The notes under the pieces are model-generated. The model was not told where the DNA came from. It saw only the letters and a program-made list of their open reading frames with translations, and ran no database searches. Source: Lingula anatina (Eukaryota > Animalia > Brachiopoda). Taken from it: a DNA stretch of 64,000 nucleotides. The DNA lies in assembly GCA_051362555.1 (NCBI GenBank), contig CM120642.1:24490001-24554000 (forward strand), written 5' to 3'. Shown piece after piece: positions 60,158-64,000 of the stretch. The first letter of the stretch is position 1. Every line of letters starts with the position of its first letter. A program made the translations under genes and the position numbers.

Positions 60158-60325
60158 CAGGGGCGGATCCAGAGATATTTTCTGAGAGTCTTCCAAATTA
60201 TATTTGTTGATCCTTCCTCCATTTTTGACCGTCTTCCGACAGAAAAAATTAGATACCCGTCAATGTAAACTTGAAAATCTGACCGTCTTCCGGAAGATCC
60301 AGAAGACGGCCTAAATCCGCCCCTG
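60158..60325 (+). mobile_element. CAGGGGCGGAT MITE with 5-bp TSD
   Basis: TIR caggggcggat / atccgcccctg, TATAA on both sides. Confidence 0.82.
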
Positions 60326-61321
60326 TATAATTACTACAATTTACCTGTTAATATCTGAATTAGCTTACAGAGTTACTTACTTATTGGAACTTTTTTACAC
60401 CAAATAAACAAAGAAGTTAAATTGGCGATAAATGGCGGAGCTTAAAAGTAGAAGCGCGTGGGGCAGTGAATGAAATAACAAAAAGGGAACATTTTGCTCT
60501 GTGTTTAATTCTATTGCACTAATATGTAGATAAGTAATTTCCATACACGAAACGGGAAAAGTTATTTTGACCAATTTGGGCCATTTTAACGAATGGCCTT
60601 GCATCTACCTAAATTTATTTGAGAGTCGAGAAGTGTGGAAGTCGTTTTCGTGTTAGGAAAAGATAGGAAATGTAAAAGTCACATGTAGTTTTATTTGACT
60701 GGTAAATTCCACAATCAAATTGTAAATTCTTTCACGTTTAGCATCCACATGCAAACTGAATTTGGGTACGATCCAAGCAAGATGAAATGCAAATAGTATT
60801 TTGATTTTTAATTGAAAATAAACCTCACATACATTGCCTAAGAAGAAAGTATTGAATGGTGGAATGGAAAAAGTAGAATAGAATTTTTTTGTGATTACAC
60901 AGAAGATGATGTAAAGAAAATAAGTAAAGGAGTGATCCAGTAAGGAAAATGGGATAAAAATACTCTTGTATTTGTACGTAAAGTTAGTCGGTGAATACAT
61001 GTAAATGTTTGAAAGCTTCAACTCAACGTTATCATCACTACAGCATCAATTATAGTTAAATAATTATTGTTAAATAATTATATGTACCAGCAATGTGACC
61101 TTAGATTATACAGATTGCGGGATTTTATGGGCATTAAAAGTAATTGCTATTAGATACATCAATTGAAGCACATATTTTGATTAAACCAGCTGCATTTTCA
61201 AGCAAATAAATAATGGAAATTTAACTGAAATGTCAAACAGCATGCCAACTATGGGCCTACTTTTATTATTTGTTTAATTGCTTAATTATCTCGCAGTGCA
61301 GACTTTCACCACTGTATATAT

Positions 61322-61732
61322 TCACATATCAACATAAAGTAGCACTATCCATCCAAATCCCCCCATGAACTGCACTGCTACTTGCAGCCAATATATAACA
61401 AAGTTATTAAGTTCATCAAAATTCAACCTCTGCCTCCCCAGAAGGATCAGAAATATAGTCAACTTGTACTGGAACCTTATGAATAAATGTATGAACAGGA
61501 ATCCTAGCCCAAACAACAGAGTCACAGTCACTAGAGCCATCATGGCGAGTATCCCTGAGGTGAAGTATATCATAAAACGCAGATGACAGAAGAAAAGGGC
61601 CTTCTGTAGGAAGAAATCGAAAGGCGTGCTGTTGTTCTTTTGTGTAAAGCGCAGGGCATAGGTCTCTGCTGACTGCAAACATGTTGCATGTGGACCTGTG
61701 AATGAACGTACTCTCCTTGGCACGGGGAACAT
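61322..61732 (-). CDS. TMEM250: Transmembrane protein 250 homolog (136 aa, single coding exon)
   Basis: PRRVRSFTGPHATCL, LRFMIYF, RFQYKL..LLGRQRLNF and GGFGWIVLLYVDM* closely match recalled TMEM250/C9orf69 motifs (PRRVRSFHGPHTTCL ... GGLGWCFMVFVDM). Confidence 0.88.
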   Translation of the reverse strand: MFPVPRRVRSFTGPHATCLQSAETYALRFTQKNNSTPFDFFLQKALFFCHLRFMIYFTSGILAMMALVTVTLLFGLGFLFIHLFIRFQYKLTIFLILLGRQRLNFDELNNFVIYWLQVAVQFMGGFGWIVLLYVDM

Positions 61733-62886
61733 TGAAGTACATGAGGGACGTCCTTCTTCCTCGAATTAACCATGTGAATACCAGCAGCGTACATCAGTAT
61801 GAGAACCCAAGGGCACTTGTTCTATCTTTGAAATTACCGGTAGCAGGTGAAGCGCAGGTTCCTGGTCAAGTTACATTCTCTTCTAAAATAGTTCCTATTA
61901 AACTGAAGCTATTGGGATTACTGCTGTTCAGCTGCCATGGATATACCAGCATGCGCTTGTTCTCTTCTGTAATATATTTATGCTGACCAAATTTTAGCAA
62001 GTTGCACAACAGCCCTGAGAAAAAAAAAGACACCCAGATCAAATGGATAAAAAGGAAGTACAGTATGACACAGATAAGCAAATTTAACAGCTCACAACAG
62101 TAAATATTTATAAACTCTGTAAAGATCATTTACAACAGTGCTACTAAATGTATGGCAAACTTGGAACTCTGTAACATTTTCAGATGAATTATTATACCAG
62201 TAGACCATATGTGTTTAACTTGCCTTAAGGAATTAAGTCTGTATTAAATGGATGCATCATTGATCTATAGTTTATCTTTGGATTGCAGAGCGTGTAGTAC
62301 AAATAAGAAACAATTTGTAATCAGAACGCTCAAACAGACCCAACAGGGTCTGTGCGACACACCAACACTTAATTACTTCAGTTTTCAGACTTAAACGCTT
62401 CGGACTTAAAGTACATACGCCTACATTAGTGATTAGCCTGTAAATCCAAAAAAATGAGGCAAACCACACAGGTTTCAACGTACCATAACTCTACATTGAA
62501 TGCAAAGTGCTACAAAGACCCAGATTCTTTTCACAGGCAAAATATGAGAAAGCACACATAAACATAACTTCATCAACAAACTCCAGTCACTTTCACTTTC
62601 TCATTCAAGCATTTATGGAATACTTGTGACTTGCGTTTCTGGGTTTCTTCGAGAATCAGGACGACCCACTGAGGTCAAAGTCGTAAAATGTGACATGCGA
62701 ATGTCGTGTTTTTAATTGATAGAAGGTATTTTTAATTAAATGAGGTATTCTTTATAGGCATTTATAGTGAGACGTAGAGTTCTCTTATCTGGAATCACGA
62801 GGATTAAAGTTGACAACAACGACTGCAAAAATGTAAAGTACCTAAATACGAAATCGAAAAGGGCAGAGAATTAACTTCGATACAAC

Positions 62887-64000
62887 ATGGCTGGTGATCC
62901 AGGTACCGACTTGGAAGATTTATTTGATAAAGCTGCCAACTTTCTCAAAAATATTGCTGGCAAACTTGACAGTGACAGATTGCTCTATTTTTATGCACGG
63001 TTTAAACAGGTAACATATGTTTACATTCTTTCCTCGTAAATTCACTTCACAAGTACGGCAACTTACACGGCAGGTATCCTTACTGTAGTTTAGTTTTCGG
63101 CCTTACAAGTTTCATGCTAGGTATATATAGAAGAAATAGCCTCATATACATGTAGGCCTGTGATACAAAGTTTTGAGGATATAGATATCCACGTTTTTTT
63201 TCACATATATACTATATTATTTGCGATTTAATTATTGTCCTTTTGAAGTTAAATGCCACTTCACGTACGCATCAGTTTGGATATTTATTCCTCTTAGGCT
63301 CCTTTTCTTCCAGCCAACCTAAAACCAGTAGCTAGCATGTAAGGCCAAAAACTGATGCAAAGTCTCACAGGGCTGTGCAGAGCCACTGCTAGTTGATGTG
63401 CTACGAGTTACAATATTTGATCTCTGGGCTTAGTTAACCATCCAGAATTCATGGGGATGGTACTCGTATTTCATTAACTTATTAAGATTTACTATATTTG
63501 TGTTTGCTGTGATCTGTACATGTATATTATCCATTGTGAGCATCAAGTCAGTGGTATTAGGTGCACAGAATAAAACAACATTGCTTTATATTATTCATAT
63601 TCTAGTTATTAGCAGTTACGTTATGTACAGGTATATGCCCTGAGAAGTAAATTGATTCATTTATATTTCAAACTGTTGTAGACTAAGGAAGGTCCATGCA
63701 ACACATCTAAACCAGGTTTCTTTGATTTCCAAGGCAAACAAAAATGGTAAGTATATACATAGATACTTTGCCACATTATATTTCTCATGTACATAGTGTT
63801 GTCAGTTATTTATTTATCACCAGAAATAAAGAAAAAAATCATCTGAACATTACTTATTGTCCCAAAGCCCTGGTGTTTTGAGGAAAAGTGAAATTTAGTG
63901 TAAACAGATTTTATAGTGTAATTAATATTGAATTTTAATCCATTAGGGAGGCTTGGAAACAGCTTGGTCAGAAAAACAAACAAGATGCAATGCGGGAATA
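62887..64000 (+). CDS. ACBD6: Acyl-CoA-binding domain protein 6-like (3'-partial; exons 62887-63009, 63682-63746, 63947->64000)
   Basis: LEDLFDKAA...LLYFYARFKQ|TKEGPCNTSKPGFFDFQGKQK|WEAWKQLG...AMRE, an ACB domain of the ACBD6 type, with GT-AG junctions in phase. Confidence 0.85.

Noticed and set aside
60395-61021. Hydrophobic minus-strand ORFs downstream of TMEM250
   Set aside because: Low-complexity T-rich sequence, likely 3'UTR, with no recognisable family.

Overview
AT-rich, intron-containing animal genomic DNA, most consistent with a marine invertebrate (mollusc/lophotrochozoan-like; inference from C1q-domain genes and repeat families). Genes built by hand from GT-AG splice sites: MFSD6-like transporter (+, 5' end missing); secreted WAP-Cu/Zn-SOD fusion (-) with a decayed Tc1 in an intron; two tandem globular C1q-domain genes (+); a GH27 alpha-NAGAL/alpha-galactosidase (-) head-to-head with OFD1 (+); a CHST-like sulfotransferase and a LINE fragment nested antisense in OFD1 introns; a putatively secreted collagen-SRCR protein (-); TMEM250 (-) head-to-head with ACBD6 (+, runs off the window). 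There are many MITEs. The top candidate system is in the GH27 gene. It carries two duplicated, frame-exclusive versions of the exon encoding the substrate-specificity loop: one SCSWPAY (NAGA-type) and one SCEWPAY (alpha-GAL-type Glu). An intronic inverted repeat brackets the first version. This suggests one gene switching glycosidase specificity by RNA-structure-guided mutually exclusive splicing. The second highlight is the WAP-SOD fusion. All exon models are manual and lack transcript evidence.
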